DNA of 64,000 nt, taken from positions 1-64,000 of the IMG/VR virus record IMGVR_UViG_3300045988_116039; one strand, given 5' to 3'. The translations under genes were made by a program, and so were the position numbers. Source of the stretch: a virus. The notes under the pieces were generated by a model that saw only the letters and a list, made by a program, of their open reading frames with translations, was not told the origin of the DNA and made no database searches. Positions 46,592 through 56,400 of this stretch are shown here, piece after piece; position 1 is the first letter of the stretch; each line of letters opens with the position of its first letter.

Positions 46592-47026
46592 CTAATTTAG
46601 ATTCATGTCGATTTTACCAATGCTATCGTCATTTTCAAAGCCTCCATTGTCTGTAAGTTCGTAATCAATAGCCACAGCACCATTACTAAGAATGTAAAAT
46701 CCTTTAAACATCTTTCCTATTTCAATAGGATACACAACATTTACGTCCCTTCCAACATCCTCAAACGGCATAGCGATATCTTCTGTTTTAGCTTCCTTTT
46801 GTTTTGCTAATACACCAACAGGTATATTTTTACCTTTTATAGAGGCGTATGTAACCATATACAGAATATCGTTATTGACAAACGCCCTATCACTGCTTAC
46901 CTTATCCAAGCTGACATATATAATGTGTTTTATAAAACTATTGATATCTCCACATATGTTAATAGCTTCTATTTCTTTAGGAATAACGACTTCCACTTCT
47001 TCTGGTTTTATATTTTTCTTTTTCAT
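46592..47026 (-). CDS. Hypothetical protein
   Basis: ORF of 144 aa. Confidence 0.5.
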   Translation of the reverse strand: MKKKNIKPEEVEVVIPKEIEAINICGDINSFIKHIIYVSLDKVSSDRAFVNNDILYMVTYASIKGKNIPVGVLAKQKEAKTEDIAMPFEDVGRDVNVVYPIEIGKMFKGFYILSNGAVAIDYELTDNGGFENDDSIGKIDMNLN

Positions 47027-47301
47027 TGCATTAATCTTTTCGTATTTTGTTTTACTTCTTCAACAAGATCCTGATCTTTCATCATCTCTTGCTTAAGTTC
47101 CTCATTCTCCTTAATTCTTTTCACTCTATCGGCAAGAATCTTTTTGTATCTTTTATCCGAGATCTTTATAAACCAAGGACAGTTCCTTGATGGAATCCTT
47201 TTACATGGGTAATCAGTGAGACCGTTCGGTCCAAACTGCTCACATCTGTTACATTTCTCTTCTCCTGTCATTACATTATATTTTAGGAAAACATTCTTCA
47301 A
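47023..47301 (-). CDS. Hypothetical Cys-containing protein
   Basis: ORF of 92 aa. Confidence 0.45.
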   Translation of the reverse strand: MKNVFLKYNVMTGEEKCNRCEQFGPNGLTDYPCKRIPSRNCPWFIKISDKRYKKILADRVKRIKENEELKQEMMKDQDLVEEVKQNTKRLMQ

Positions 47302-47578
47302 GTTCTCTATAAGAGCACTCTACTACAACAGAATCTCCTTTAGGAAGAAATACTAAAATAGAATCGATAGAAAAAACACTATCTACTTTTCTTACAAGTT
47401 GGCCATGCTTGTAAGAAGACATGACCAACCTAATTCCATACGCATCTGAATAAGATCCTTTCCTACATGGAATTATGTTTTCAACAACATAATCAAAACC
47501 TCCGATATTAACTTCATCTCCGGCATTGATTTCCATGATAGGAACCATCTTAACCCTTCTATCTATGCTTATTTTCAT
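47276..47578 (-). CDS. Hypothetical protein
   Basis: ORF of 100 aa. Confidence 0.45.
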   Translation of the reverse strand: MKISIDRRVKMVPIMEINAGDEVNIGGFDYVVENIIPCRKGSYSDAYGIRLVMSSYKHGQLVRKVDSVFSIDSILVFLPKGDSVVVECSYRELEECFPKI

Positions 47579-48447
47579 TTAGCTACTTCGAATTTTATTT
47601 GCTCCTTCGGTTCATAATTCCATACCTCAAAATCATCAGCTACAAAATCATAAAATCCTTTCCCTTCCATACGAGACGAGATAGTAACCTGTGGAACCGG
47701 GCCGAATAGGGATCGACGAAGGAGCTCGTTTGCCTGCTCTTCGTGCCGGTCATATACGTGCATATCTTGAATGAAGTGCGTAAAAATAGCCGGCTTCAGG
47801 CCTGCGTCGTGAGCGAACATCATCATAAGTGCAGCGTACTGTGCTACATTCCATAGGCCGGCAACAATAGCATCCTGGCTGCGCTGATAAAGCGTCATAT
47901 ACAACTCATCTCCTTTAACAGATAAATTTACCTGAAACGCACATTCTTGAAGAGGTTTTAGTCCATTGGTTTCAGGATCAAACATAGATGCTACGATCCT
48001 TCTTGATGAACGATCATTCTTGAGTGACCAAAGAATGAAGTCTGTTTGGTTAAGAAAACCGTAAAGACCATCATGGATGTCTATCATACCCTCTGGAGCT
48101 TTTCCGGTTCCCATATAAACATGTCTGTTCACCATATCTCCATAACATCCTTCGATCTTTCCATTATCATCAGCCCACTGATCCCATATATGAAGACCAA
48201 GATCTTTGATATCTACCGATCTTTTTTGCCAAATCCACAAAATTTCTTTTATGGAGTTTTTAAGATTAGTAGGTCTAAGCGAACCAAGAGGAAATTCCCG
48301 GCGAAGATCGTACTGGTTGCATACTTGCAGGATACGCTTCACCTTGACGCCTGTCCCGTCACCGTAGACCGGTCGCTTTACCTCTTCCCACGGCTGGCTC
48401 ATTATAAGAGCCAAATTGTCTTGAAATATTTTATCTACTCTTGCCAT
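47575..48447 (-). CDS. Thymidylate synthase (ThyA) family enzyme, divergent; either dTMP synthase or a dUMP hydroxymethylase-type paralog
   Basis: LYQRSQDAIVAGLWNVAQYAALMMMFAH...QDMHVY aligns to ThyA LYQRScD..LGLPFNIASYALL...GDtHLY. The Asn is retained (uracil specificity). WNP is replaced by FDP and the PCH context by ECA. Confidence 0.75.
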   Translation of the reverse strand: MARVDKIFQDNLALIMSQPWEEVKRPVYGDGTGVKVKRILQVCNQYDLRREFPLGSLRPTNLKNSIKEILWIWQKRSVDIKDLGLHIWDQWADDNGKIEGCYGDMVNRHVYMGTGKAPEGMIDIHDGLYGFLNQTDFILWSLKNDRSSRRIVASMFDPETNGLKPLQECAFQVNLSVKGDELYMTLYQRSQDAIVAGLWNVAQYAALMMMFAHDAGLKPAIFTHFIQDMHVYDRHEEQANELLRRSLFGPVPQVTISSRMEGKGFYDFVADDFEVWNYEPKEQIKFEVAK

Positions 48448-48512
48448 GTTATGAAAAATATTAAATTCAATAAAACTTATTAAATTTCTTTATAAGTTTC
48501 AAAATGTACTTC

Positions 48513-49745
48513 TTAGCAAAATACATTCGTAATCCTTACCGGGTTAAACAATAACCCTCTATCGATTATCCTACGAATTGATTCACAGGAATCACCGACT
48601 ACTTTTCTCATAATGTTTAATGCTCCATTTACGTCTGCATTTATGAGTTTTCCTACCGAGGATTGAAACAATCCTCGGTTCTTCCTCTTTCCTAAATAGC
48701 TATCATGTTTTTCTATCTTCTCAAATGCCAATGAATCACATTTTGAAGTATATGATTCTTCATGAATAACTATTTCAATACCAGCTAATTCGCATTTGTA
48801 TTCTAAGTAACTCACCAATCTCGCAAAAGGGATTTGTGTGAATTTCTGGTTATTCCTTTTTCCCATATTCACATTCTGTTTCCATCCCTTGTTATAGCCT
48901 ACAACTAATTTTGTTATCTTGGAATCGATAAGCAAATCAACTATCTTTCTACTGATTTTATGAAAGACATCTTCTATGTACTGTTCTCTATCATAATATA
49001 ATTTCTTTATTCGTTTTGTTGTTCCTTTTATCTTTTGTAAATCTTTGATACTATTTAATTTAGCAAGTGTTTTATTAAATAATTGATTGTATGATTTAAC
49101 AAATTTACCACTAAACAAAACAGCAAAATCCTCACTTATCAATGTTGCAAGATTGTCAATCCCTAAATCAATCGAAGCGACTTTCTCTTCCTTACCTTTA
49201 GATACTCCAGTATCTTTTACCTCATAAATGATTTCTATTTTATATCCACATGATAATGGTTTTATTCTAATCTGTTTGAAATCTTTTATCAAATCAGAAT
49301 ACTTCTCATATTGAGGAATGCTTATTGAAAGATCTTTTGATAGGATTATTTTTCCATCTTTTATTTTACAACTCTGATTCGGATAATACAAATTAAATTC
49401 AGAACCTCTCTTTTTATAATTTGGAAGACCTGGTTTTTCTTTGTATTTGTTGGGATTTTTCTTGTAATCTTGGACCGATTTGTAGTAACCTTTAATGTTT
49501 TTATCAAGAATACGAAGAATTTGTTGTGAACATTGCGCCTTTAATAATTTGTAATTAATATCTCCATCCAAATTCTGGTTATTTTTCATGATAGCATCAA
49601 GTTCAAAATAGGACAACCACTTATCTTCTTTAGAAAGTGTTTCTCTGAAAATATACAATGCCTGATTGTACAAGTTGTTGCTAATCTTGCACAAAAATGA
49701 TATATTTTCATTTTCCCCTATGTTGAACTTATATACTAATATCAT
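48513..49745 (-). CDS. TnpB-like RuvC nuclease (IS605 OrfB-like) with a degenerate zinc finger
   Basis: RuvC-I ASIDLGIDNLAT, E in IEIVIHEESYTS, RuvC-III INADVNGALNIM. Only one Cys lies between the motifs (no CxxC...CxxC). Confidence 0.7.
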   Translation of the reverse strand: MILVYKFNIGENENISFLCKISNNLYNQALYIFRETLSKEDKWLSYFELDAIMKNNQNLDGDINYKLLKAQCSQQILRILDKNIKGYYKSVQDYKKNPNKYKEKPGLPNYKKRGSEFNLYYPNQSCKIKDGKIILSKDLSISIPQYEKYSDLIKDFKQIRIKPLSCGYKIEIIYEVKDTGVSKGKEEKVASIDLGIDNLATLISEDFAVLFSGKFVKSYNQLFNKTLAKLNSIKDLQKIKGTTKRIKKLYYDREQYIEDVFHKISRKIVDLLIDSKITKLVVGYNKGWKQNVNMGKRNNQKFTQIPFARLVSYLEYKCELAGIEIVIHEESYTSKCDSLAFEKIEKHDSYLGKRKNRGLFQSSVGKLINADVNGALNIMRKVVGDSCESIRRIIDRGLLFNPVRITNVFC

Positions 49746-49925
49746 GATTTTTAATACATTAAATATTATCTATAAATCATATTTCTAAGATACATATTCC
49801 ATTTATATTACAGAATAGAATCAATTATTTTTAATGTTATTTTGCATCATATTCTTATTAGGTACTTATATACTATAGTATCACCATCTCAAGGTTATGC
49901 CAACAAACAAGGATCATTGAAAATT

Positions 49926-50147
49926 CTAAGAGGAATGGTTATAAAGACGATTAATTTCTTCTTGTTCTAAACACGGACCACCTACAACTTTCTCTGTCGC
50001 TTTTCTTTGTCTAACAAAATCTTCAGCTTCGGAAAAAGTTGTAGCATAAATATATCCGCCATACTTTTCTCCATTGATTTCAAATTCTGTCACAAACTTC
50101 TTTTGTTTTTCTTCTTTTGTTTCCATAACTGTAATTTTTAAAAGCAA
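49926..50147 (-). CDS. Hypothetical protein
   Basis: ORF of 73 aa. Confidence 0.4.
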   Translation of the reverse strand: MLLKITVMETKEEKQKKFVTEFEINGEKYGGYIYATTFSEAEDFVRQRKATEKVVGGPCLEQEEINRLYNHSS

Positions 50148-50198
50148 ATAATTGATTGATTTATAAAAAGAAATAAAGCGGTGATAAACTAAGTTACC

Positions 50199-50510
50199 TT
50201 AACCAACTACCATCCAATCATCAGCCAACATATCTGATTGAGAAGCTAACCATCCATTTACAATATTATCGTTAGCATCTTTCATGCACAGATAAGAACA
50301 GAATTTAATCATGTTGGTTTCATCTATGTCATAATAATCTTTTACGTACTTTTTAAACGAATCCGGCAATGACTTTACTTTATTAACTATCGTATCAGTA
50401 GACAACCAATCTTCCGGGCGCTGAAAGACAAACATTCCCTTACCGTTCCATCCTGAACGTGCAATTAACTTACCTTCTTTTACTGCCTCTAAAGCTTCTC
50501 CAAATTTCAT
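50199..50510 (-). CDS. Hypothetical protein (DUF2829-like phage protein)
   Basis: MKFGEALEAVKEGKLIARSGWNGKGMFVF resembles the DUF2829 N-terminal pattern. From memory. Confidence 0.4.
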   Translation of the reverse strand: MKFGEALEAVKEGKLIARSGWNGKGMFVFQRPEDWLSTDTIVNKVKSLPDSFKKYVKDYYDIDETNMIKFCSYLCMKDANDNIVNGWLASQSDMLADDWMVVG

Positions 50511-50521
50511 AACTGTATTTT

Positions 50522-51949
50522 TTATAAATTAAACTCTTCAAAATCTATTTCAGATCCGGTTGACAAATTGATCATTGACTTCTCAAGTTCTTCCATTGGA
50601 ATAGGATCAACAATTCCATCGTTTGAAAGTGTTTTCTTGTAGAAGTCGTTTACCACCGGATCGCTTGTTTTTATTGTCTTAGGAATAGGTTGACGAAGAT
50701 ACATTCCTTCAAGCGATTTTACTCTTGAAAGAGCTGTATATAACTGACCTGTTTCGAAAGAGTTGGATACGTCCATCATCGCCGCATCTAAAGTTAGGCC
50801 CTGGCATTTATGGATAGTTATGGAGTAACCGATTTTTATCGGATACTGAGTAATAGATCCAATTACCTCAGACTCCACTTTATACCCGTTTCTGACGTAT
50901 TTTACTTTATCAAACGAACATGGAGTAATAATAACCTTGGTATGTTCTTCATCTTTAGGACGATCAAGAACTACTTCAATCTCCCCATTTTTAATAGAAG
51001 ACACAACGCCAAGAGAACCATTGACATACTCTCCTCCGTTTCTAGTGATCATAACCCTGGAACCTTCTTTTATAAGAAGCGTCTTTTCAACAGGAGCTTC
51101 TTTAGGATAATCACCTTTTATAATAGCTTCGAATTTTCTTAATGATCCAGGTACCGAATTTATTCTCATTTCATTAATGGCCGTAGCCTTAGCGTTGGTT
51201 GTAACGATCTCAACATACCCGGCACTATTTTCAGGCTGAATACATCTGCTATTTAACGTACTAAACACATCATCGTCCATCTGACCATCACGTACCTTAT
51301 TAAGGATGCTGATAAATTTCTCATCTTTCTGGCGATATATTTTTTCAAAAGAAACCATTTCCATGCCAGAAGCCATAAGAGACTTAGAGCTGAAGAAATA
51401 AGATGTATCGTATATTTCTCTAAAAAAATCCTCTTTAATCACAGGAGGAAGCTGAAACAGGTCTCCTACCATAATAAGTTTCACACCGCCAAACGGATCC
51501 TTGTCTCCTCTTGCATGACGAAGAACGTCAGCTACATTATCAAGAAGATCAGGTCGAACCATAGAAATCTCGTCTATGATAAGATATTTTATATTCTGTA
51601 AAATCTTTTCGGATTCTCCTCTGAACTTGTTTTCACAATTGCCCATAAACTTGCCATTCCTTATCTCTGGAATGTAAGGTTGCATACCGATTCTGAAAAA
51701 AGAATGAATGGTTTGACCGCCTGCATTAACAGCAGCAATACCGGTAGGAGCGACAACAACCGCATTTTTTAATGCCGGTATAATACGTTTAAGGAAGAAC
51801 GTCTTCCCTGTACCTCCTTTCCCTGTAATAAAAAGCGGTTTAGGTGACTTACAAATAGACTTAATAGCCTTTCCTTGAGCGACATTACCTTCAGACATAA
51901 CTGAACGAAGAACGCATTCCATTAGTTTTTTGTTGTAACTTATAGCCAT
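50522..51949 (-). CDS. PIF1/RecD-family (Dda-like) SF1B DNA helicase
   Basis: Walker A GKGGTGKT, Walker B LIIDEISMV, and GDLFQLPPV (motif III). Confidence 0.8.
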   Translation of the reverse strand: MAISYNKKLMECVLRSVMSEGNVAQGKAIKSICKSPKPLFITGKGGTGKTFFLKRIIPALKNAVVVAPTGIAAVNAGGQTIHSFFRIGMQPYIPEIRNGKFMGNCENKFRGESEKILQNIKYLIIDEISMVRPDLLDNVADVLRHARGDKDPFGGVKLIMVGDLFQLPPVIKEDFFREIYDTSYFFSSKSLMASGMEMVSFEKIYRQKDEKFISILNKVRDGQMDDDVFSTLNSRCIQPENSAGYVEIVTTNAKATAINEMRINSVPGSLRKFEAIIKGDYPKEAPVEKTLLIKEGSRVMITRNGGEYVNGSLGVVSSIKNGEIEVVLDRPKDEEHTKVIITPCSFDKVKYVRNGYKVESEVIGSITQYPIKIGYSITIHKCQGLTLDAAMMDVSNSFETGQLYTALSRVKSLEGMYLRQPIPKTIKTSDPVVNDFYKKTLSNDGIVDPIPMEELEKSMINLSTGSEIDFEEFNL

Positions 51950-52083
51950 ATTTTTCTGATTTTGTTCTATAAAACAAAAGTATGAAAATAAGATAAAACA
52001 TAAAACATAAAATGAATTAATTAGAATTAAAAAGAAATAATAAATTAGATAAGTGGCTTTGTAACAAATTCTAATATTCTATT

Positions 52084-53076
52084 CTAACATATCATTTCAA
52101 TAATCATATCATCTTTATTTTTAGGCATTACCATATTAACAACATGCCCCAATACAGAATAAGACCATTGCCTATATTTTCGAATAAGTTTTCGAACAAA
52201 GAACTCGTCATAATCCTCCTCCATATCATATATAGCACATTCTTCTAATATTTGTTCCTTTTTTATATTAAGGAATAATAATGCTTCTCTTATATAATCT
52301 CTTATTCTTCTGAACTTCAAATAATCTCCAAATTTCCTAAATATCAAATCCTTAATTTTAATAAGTAGATTTATTTTAAATCTTCCATCTTTAGTCATAA
52401 ACTTCCTCACCCCCCTTCTCTTCTTTAGGTTTTGAAGAATAAATTCAGCTACAGCACATACCTTCGATTTCGTCCTCTCCTTTCTTGCTGTATCACATCT
52501 TCTCTCTCCCCTTACTTTTTTAACACAACGAAACCTGGTTTTACTAACAAACATATCTCGATATTTCTCTCTGGCATTCTTGAGATATCTTGCGTACCCT
52601 ATTCTTTTTACTTCTCTTATCTCACTTATGACAACATTTGTTATATAATTAAGATCCTCTATGTGAGTAGTTGTAATACCAAAATATGTCACTCTGAAAA
52701 AATAAACAATACCAGACGCTAACTTATCATAATCTACTTGAATGCTTGAAAACGGGTTTGCATTGGCTAAAATATACGCTACTGTTTGCATCTTGAACAT
52801 CCAATACATATTGGAAGGAGCCTCCCATACACCAGTCTCTTCAAACTTTTTAATTCTATCTTTATGCCACTCATCTCTGGCATATTTAGGAATACCAGGA
52901 AAAATCAATGAGTTTTTAGACTGCCTGATAGCCATCTTCCCTTCCGATACCTGACGAGCCTCAGAAGGTGTAAGCGAGAAATTTCTCCTTAAAAGCGAAA
53001 AATTTGATTCACCATTAATTGTAATTGAAATTATGTCAATATCTTTGTCCATATTTAAGTTTTTTAATTTCTGCAA
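52084..53076 (-). CDS. Hypothetical basic protein, first gene of the minus-strand block; possible DNA-binding or replication-initiation role. Speculative.
   Basis: 330 aa and K/R-rich. It sits next to the divergent intergenic region containing iteron-like repeats. Confidence 0.5.
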   Translation of the reverse strand: MQKLKNLNMDKDIDIISITINGESNFSLLRRNFSLTPSEARQVSEGKMAIRQSKNSLIFPGIPKYARDEWHKDRIKKFEETGVWEAPSNMYWMFKMQTVAYILANANPFSSIQVDYDKLASGIVYFFRVTYFGITTTHIEDLNYITNVVISEIREVKRIGYARYLKNAREKYRDMFVSKTRFRCVKKVRGERRCDTARKERTKSKVCAVAEFILQNLKKRRGVRKFMTKDGRFKINLLIKIKDLIFRKFGDYLKFRRIRDYIREALLFLNIKKEQILEECAIYDMEEDYDEFFVRKLIRKYRQWSYSVLGHVVNMVMPKNKDDMIIEMIC

Positions 53077-53394
53077 ATATAGCAGAAATTAATATACGAT
53101 GTATGATACATGTATATTAATTTAAAGCTCCGGTCTGAGATAGATAGGAGCTTTTATTATTGTTGACATTATTTAACACACAAGGCGGTTGGTAATAGCC
53201 TCATTTTCAGCAAGTGGCAATTTGGATATATAACATACTTCGTATGTATATAGCAGAAAATAAATTTTCAACTATATAATAGCTTAAATGGATTTAATCT
53301 ATTTACTTTCGGGAACACTCATGCGGTTCCCGCATTCGTATTCCCTTCTATGTATAATTATTACACTACATATGGATTTATAATAAATATTTCA

Positions 53395-53449
53395 TTTTGT
53401 CATCATATGTTCGATTTATCAACATATGATGACAAATATGATGACAAAA
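53395..53449. repeat. Operator/iteron-like site: a 14-bp inverted repeat TTTGTCATCATATG / CATATGATGACAAA followed by a tandem TATGATGACAAA
   Basis: Direct read of 53395-53449 in the divergent intergenic region. Confidence 0.8.
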
Positions 53450-53664
53450 TGGATAGTAAAATACAAAATGTTATTACAAACTAATTCCATGAGATAAGCT
53501 GGACAGGCGGCAGGCACAGGGCAGGCCCGTGTCACCGCACCGACAGCCCCGGCAGCAGGGATAGCTTTTTATGTGGAACGATTAACCTTATTATATATAT
53601 AAAATACGTTAATTTTAAATTTATAAATCCTTAATCCTTATCTTTGTATCAAAACGATAATCTC

Positions 53665-54105
53665 ATGAAAGAAAGTGATAATAAAGATGTTAGTAATAGA
53701 GCTTATAGGCTTTTAGTACCTTATTCCAATACGGTAGATATGGCGAAGAAGATACTTCTGTTTTATAACGGATACTTAATGGCTTCCGGCAATGAGAAGA
53801 ATGTCATAGATGCGAGGCACTTAAATCTTCTTGCCTATTATTTTGTGTTTGGATATTCGTATGAGACGAAGAAGAAGTTTTCTCATTGTTTCAGTACCGA
53901 TCTTCAATATGTATCGGTTTTGGATACGGAGATGAAGAAGCGTGGTATTTTGATTGACCGTGAAGGGAATTACAGGACCAGGTGTTTGTGCCCGGATATA
54001 GAGAACATGCGCCGTCTTTTTGTATTGGAGGGTTCAAGAGATCAATGTGCGTTGGTTTCTTTATTTTACAGAAAAAAAACTTTTGAAGCCGATGGCGAAG
54101 AATAA
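53665..54105 (+). CDS. Hypothetical protein
   Basis: The track ORF starts at a TTG (53644). The ATG at 53665 is preferred. Confidence 0.5.
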   Translation: MKESDNKDVSNRAYRLLVPYSNTVDMAKKILLFYNGYLMASGNEKNVIDARHLNLLAYYFVFGYSYETKKKFSHCFSTDLQYVSVLDTEMKKRGILIDREGNYRTRCLCPDIENMRRLFVLEGSRDQCALVSLFYRKKTFEADGEE

Positions 54106-54541
54106 TTTCCCTATATCATTTGAGTCACATATTATAGATGATGTGATGGATAAGACCGGGAGCGTTTACGACCGAAACCAAATACGTGACGTTTTTAGAG
54201 CCAGTATTTCTTATGCTAATAACTTATGTACGTACACAGATAACGTGTCTGTATCGTTTCCGTATGTGGGTGATATGGTTTGTAACCTTCATGAGATGGA
54301 GAGGCGCAAACACAATCTTGAGCGTCTTAAATCCAAGGTAGAAAAATTATCTAAGTATCAGGAAAAAGAACTTCAGTGCCTTGATATTAAGATAAGGATG
54401 ATAAAGGATGCTTATGACTCAGGTGAGATAAAAGGTGGGGATATGTTGATAAAACACAACAAATTATCTATCTTTAAATCTCGTAAGGGTCATAGTTTTA
54501 GTGAAATACAAAATATTCAAGAACAGGAATTTAACAGATAA
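54092..54541 (+). CDS. Hypothetical protein
   Basis: The ATG at 54092 (MAKNNFP...) gives a 14-nt overlap with the upstream gene. Confidence 0.5.
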   Translation: MAKNNFPISFESHIIDDVMDKTGSVYDRNQIRDVFRASISYANNLCTYTDNVSVSFPYVGDMVCNLHEMERRKHNLERLKSKVEKLSKYQEKELQCLDIKIRMIKDAYDSGEIKGGDMLIKHNKLSIFKSRKGHSFSEIQNIQEQEFNR

Positions 54542-54544
54542 GTC

Positions 54545-55282
54545 ATGAAAAAGATTTTGCAAGCGGAAGTTATATACGATGCTTTTATGGATACGATATT
54601 AAAAAAACTTCCAAGAAAAAAAGAAGATTATCCTGATTGGTACAAGGAACGTCTTGAAAAGTGTGAGGGATGTAAATTCAATACTAAGAACGTCCCTAAC
54701 TCTATGCTTCCTCTTTCTTTATACGTAAGCAAGAAAATAGGTAAAAATCGTTGTTCGGTATGTACGTGCTTCATCAAGCAGAAGGCCTGGAGCAAGACAG
54801 AGGAATGTGCGCTTGGGGAGGGGCTTCCCCGTCCTTCGTGGATGGATCGTCAGTATTCTATTGATTTTTATGATGAGAAGTCAAGATGGAACAGGTTAGA
54901 GCTTATTACAATGGATTCTGATGAGTTTAATGTTATTTCTACAGATGACAAGCAATATAATATTGACCTATCTAAAGACGGTAAATCATTTGAAATTATT
55001 TTTGAACCGGTAGAGAAAGGGAACAGTATAAGGTTTTCATTCGTTCTTGAGTCGAAGCATGATATGAAGATAACAGCATCAGAGACATCTTGTGGATGTA
55101 CGTCTTCTAATTTGAATATCATAGACTCCCGTCACTTTAAGTTCAATATAGAGATACATACAGCAGGATTTGGAATAGGAAGATTCGTAAAACATATGAC
55201 TGTTCACTATCAAAAAGATGGATCTCAAAAAGAGGAAAAGATTCCGTTTAATTTCGAAGGTATTATAATCCAAAAAAGTTAA
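54545..55282 (+). CDS. Hypothetical protein with an N-terminal Cys cluster
   Basis: 245 aa with a CEGC...CSVCTC cluster. Confidence 0.55.
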   Translation: MKKILQAEVIYDAFMDTILKKLPRKKEDYPDWYKERLEKCEGCKFNTKNVPNSMLPLSLYVSKKIGKNRCSVCTCFIKQKAWSKTEECALGEGLPRPSWMDRQYSIDFYDEKSRWNRLELITMDSDEFNVISTDDKQYNIDLSKDGKSFEIIFEPVEKGNSIRFSFVLESKHDMKITASETSCGCTSSNLNIIDSRHFKFNIEIHTAGFGIGRFVKHMTVHYQKDGSQKEEKIPFNFEGIIIQKS

Positions 55283-55287
55283 GTATT

Positions 55288-55569
55288 ATGAGCGGCTGTG
55301 GTAAAGCAAGGCATTTACAATGCGAAGATAAAAGGAAATCCTTATTTTCTATGTTGCAGGCATCTTGTGACGATCTCCCTGATTATTCTGCCGGGGACAT
55401 TCTCTATGCCGTACTTAGATCTTTTGCCAAGAAAAGAGGATTATCTGTTTCTTTTTTAAGGACGTTGACAGACAGCGAGCTTTTTGAAGTGGCTGATTAT
55501 AATTTGTCAATGGAGTTGATGGACGTTATTATTTACGATAAAAAGGTTATTGATAATGAAGAAGATTGA
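55288..55569 (+). CDS. Hypothetical protein
   Basis: ORF of 93 aa. Confidence 0.45.
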   Translation: MSGCGKARHLQCEDKRKSLFSMLQASCDDLPDYSAGDILYAVLRSFAKKRGLSVSFLRTLTDSELFEVADYNLSMELMDVIIYDKKVIDNEED

Positions 55570-56077
55570 TTTTGATTCAGATATAAAACATCTTATTTCT
55601 TATTACAACCATCTACTGTCTGCACAAGATAAGGTGGGAGAGGAGATGGAAGAGCTAACTAAGGATATTATTAGAAAGAAGGATGAGGAAAACAACATAG
55701 AGTTGGAAGACTTTATTGATTTAGAAGAAAAGTCGTTTATGACCAACTTGTATCAACAAGAGATAATGAAAGTATCTTCTTCTGTCAAGACAGTTTACCG
55801 GTTGTCTATTAATGCCGGTCATGATCTTAATATAGATGATGACAGCAAGAAGGTTCTTGACAGGATAGTAAACGACGGAGAATCGGATTTTATTATGTAC
55901 GTTGACAATAATACTGATTCTGTTATGTTCAAGGAAGAATCTGTTGAGGAAGGAATAAAAAACATGTGCAAGTATCGTGTTGATCCATCTTCTCTTGAAG
56001 ACAGATTTAATATGCTTAAGTCTCAGTATGAGGCTTTTTTAAAAATTATCAACAATGAAAGCAAGAAAGCCGACTAA
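55556..56077 (+). CDS. Hypothetical acidic protein
   Basis: About 173 aa, starting MKKIDFDSD. Confidence 0.5.
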   Translation: MKKIDFDSDIKHLISYYNHLLSAQDKVGEEMEELTKDIIRKKDEENNIELEDFIDLEEKSFMTNLYQQEIMKVSSSVKTVYRLSINAGHDLNIDDDSKKVLDRIVNDGESDFIMYVDNNTDSVMFKEESVEEGIKNMCKYRVDPSSLEDRFNMLKSQYEAFLKIINNESKKAD

Positions 56078-56393
56078 CGATGATGTCTCTTACGTAGATC
56101 GAAAACTTCTTGTGCTAAGGGATCAGATAGATAAAGCTGAACGTTATCTATCTGAAAACCCTTGGGATAAAATAGAAGATTCTGATAAGAGGGAGAAAGA
56201 ATTTAGGTTTCAAAAAAGCTTGTCTGATAGCTTAATGCAATGGACTGAATCTTATATTAAGATGTGTGGGATAATGGATGTCTATAATCAGCTTGAGGCT
56301 GCCAAAAACAAGAAAAGCCTAAAAGGAGGACAAACAGTATCAGGTATTCAGTCTTTTGTCAAGAATGAAGCTAAGAACAAGCTCGATAAATAG
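56055..56393 (+). CDS. Hypothetical protein immediately upstream of terL (a candidate small terminase subunit by position only)
   Basis: 112 aa, next to TerL. No motif support. Confidence 0.4.
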   Translation: MKARKPTNDDVSYVDRKLLVLRDQIDKAERYLSENPWDKIEDSDKREKEFRFQKSLSDSLMQWTESYIKMCGIMDVYNQLEAAKNKKSLKGGQTVSGIQSFVKNEAKNKLDK

Positions 56394-56400
56394 TTTTGTC

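Noticed and set aside
56356-56400. Upstream extension of terL to the track start at 56356
   Set aside because: It overlaps the preceding gene by 38 nt. The ATG at 56401 immediately follows that gene's stop and gives a conventional N-terminus.
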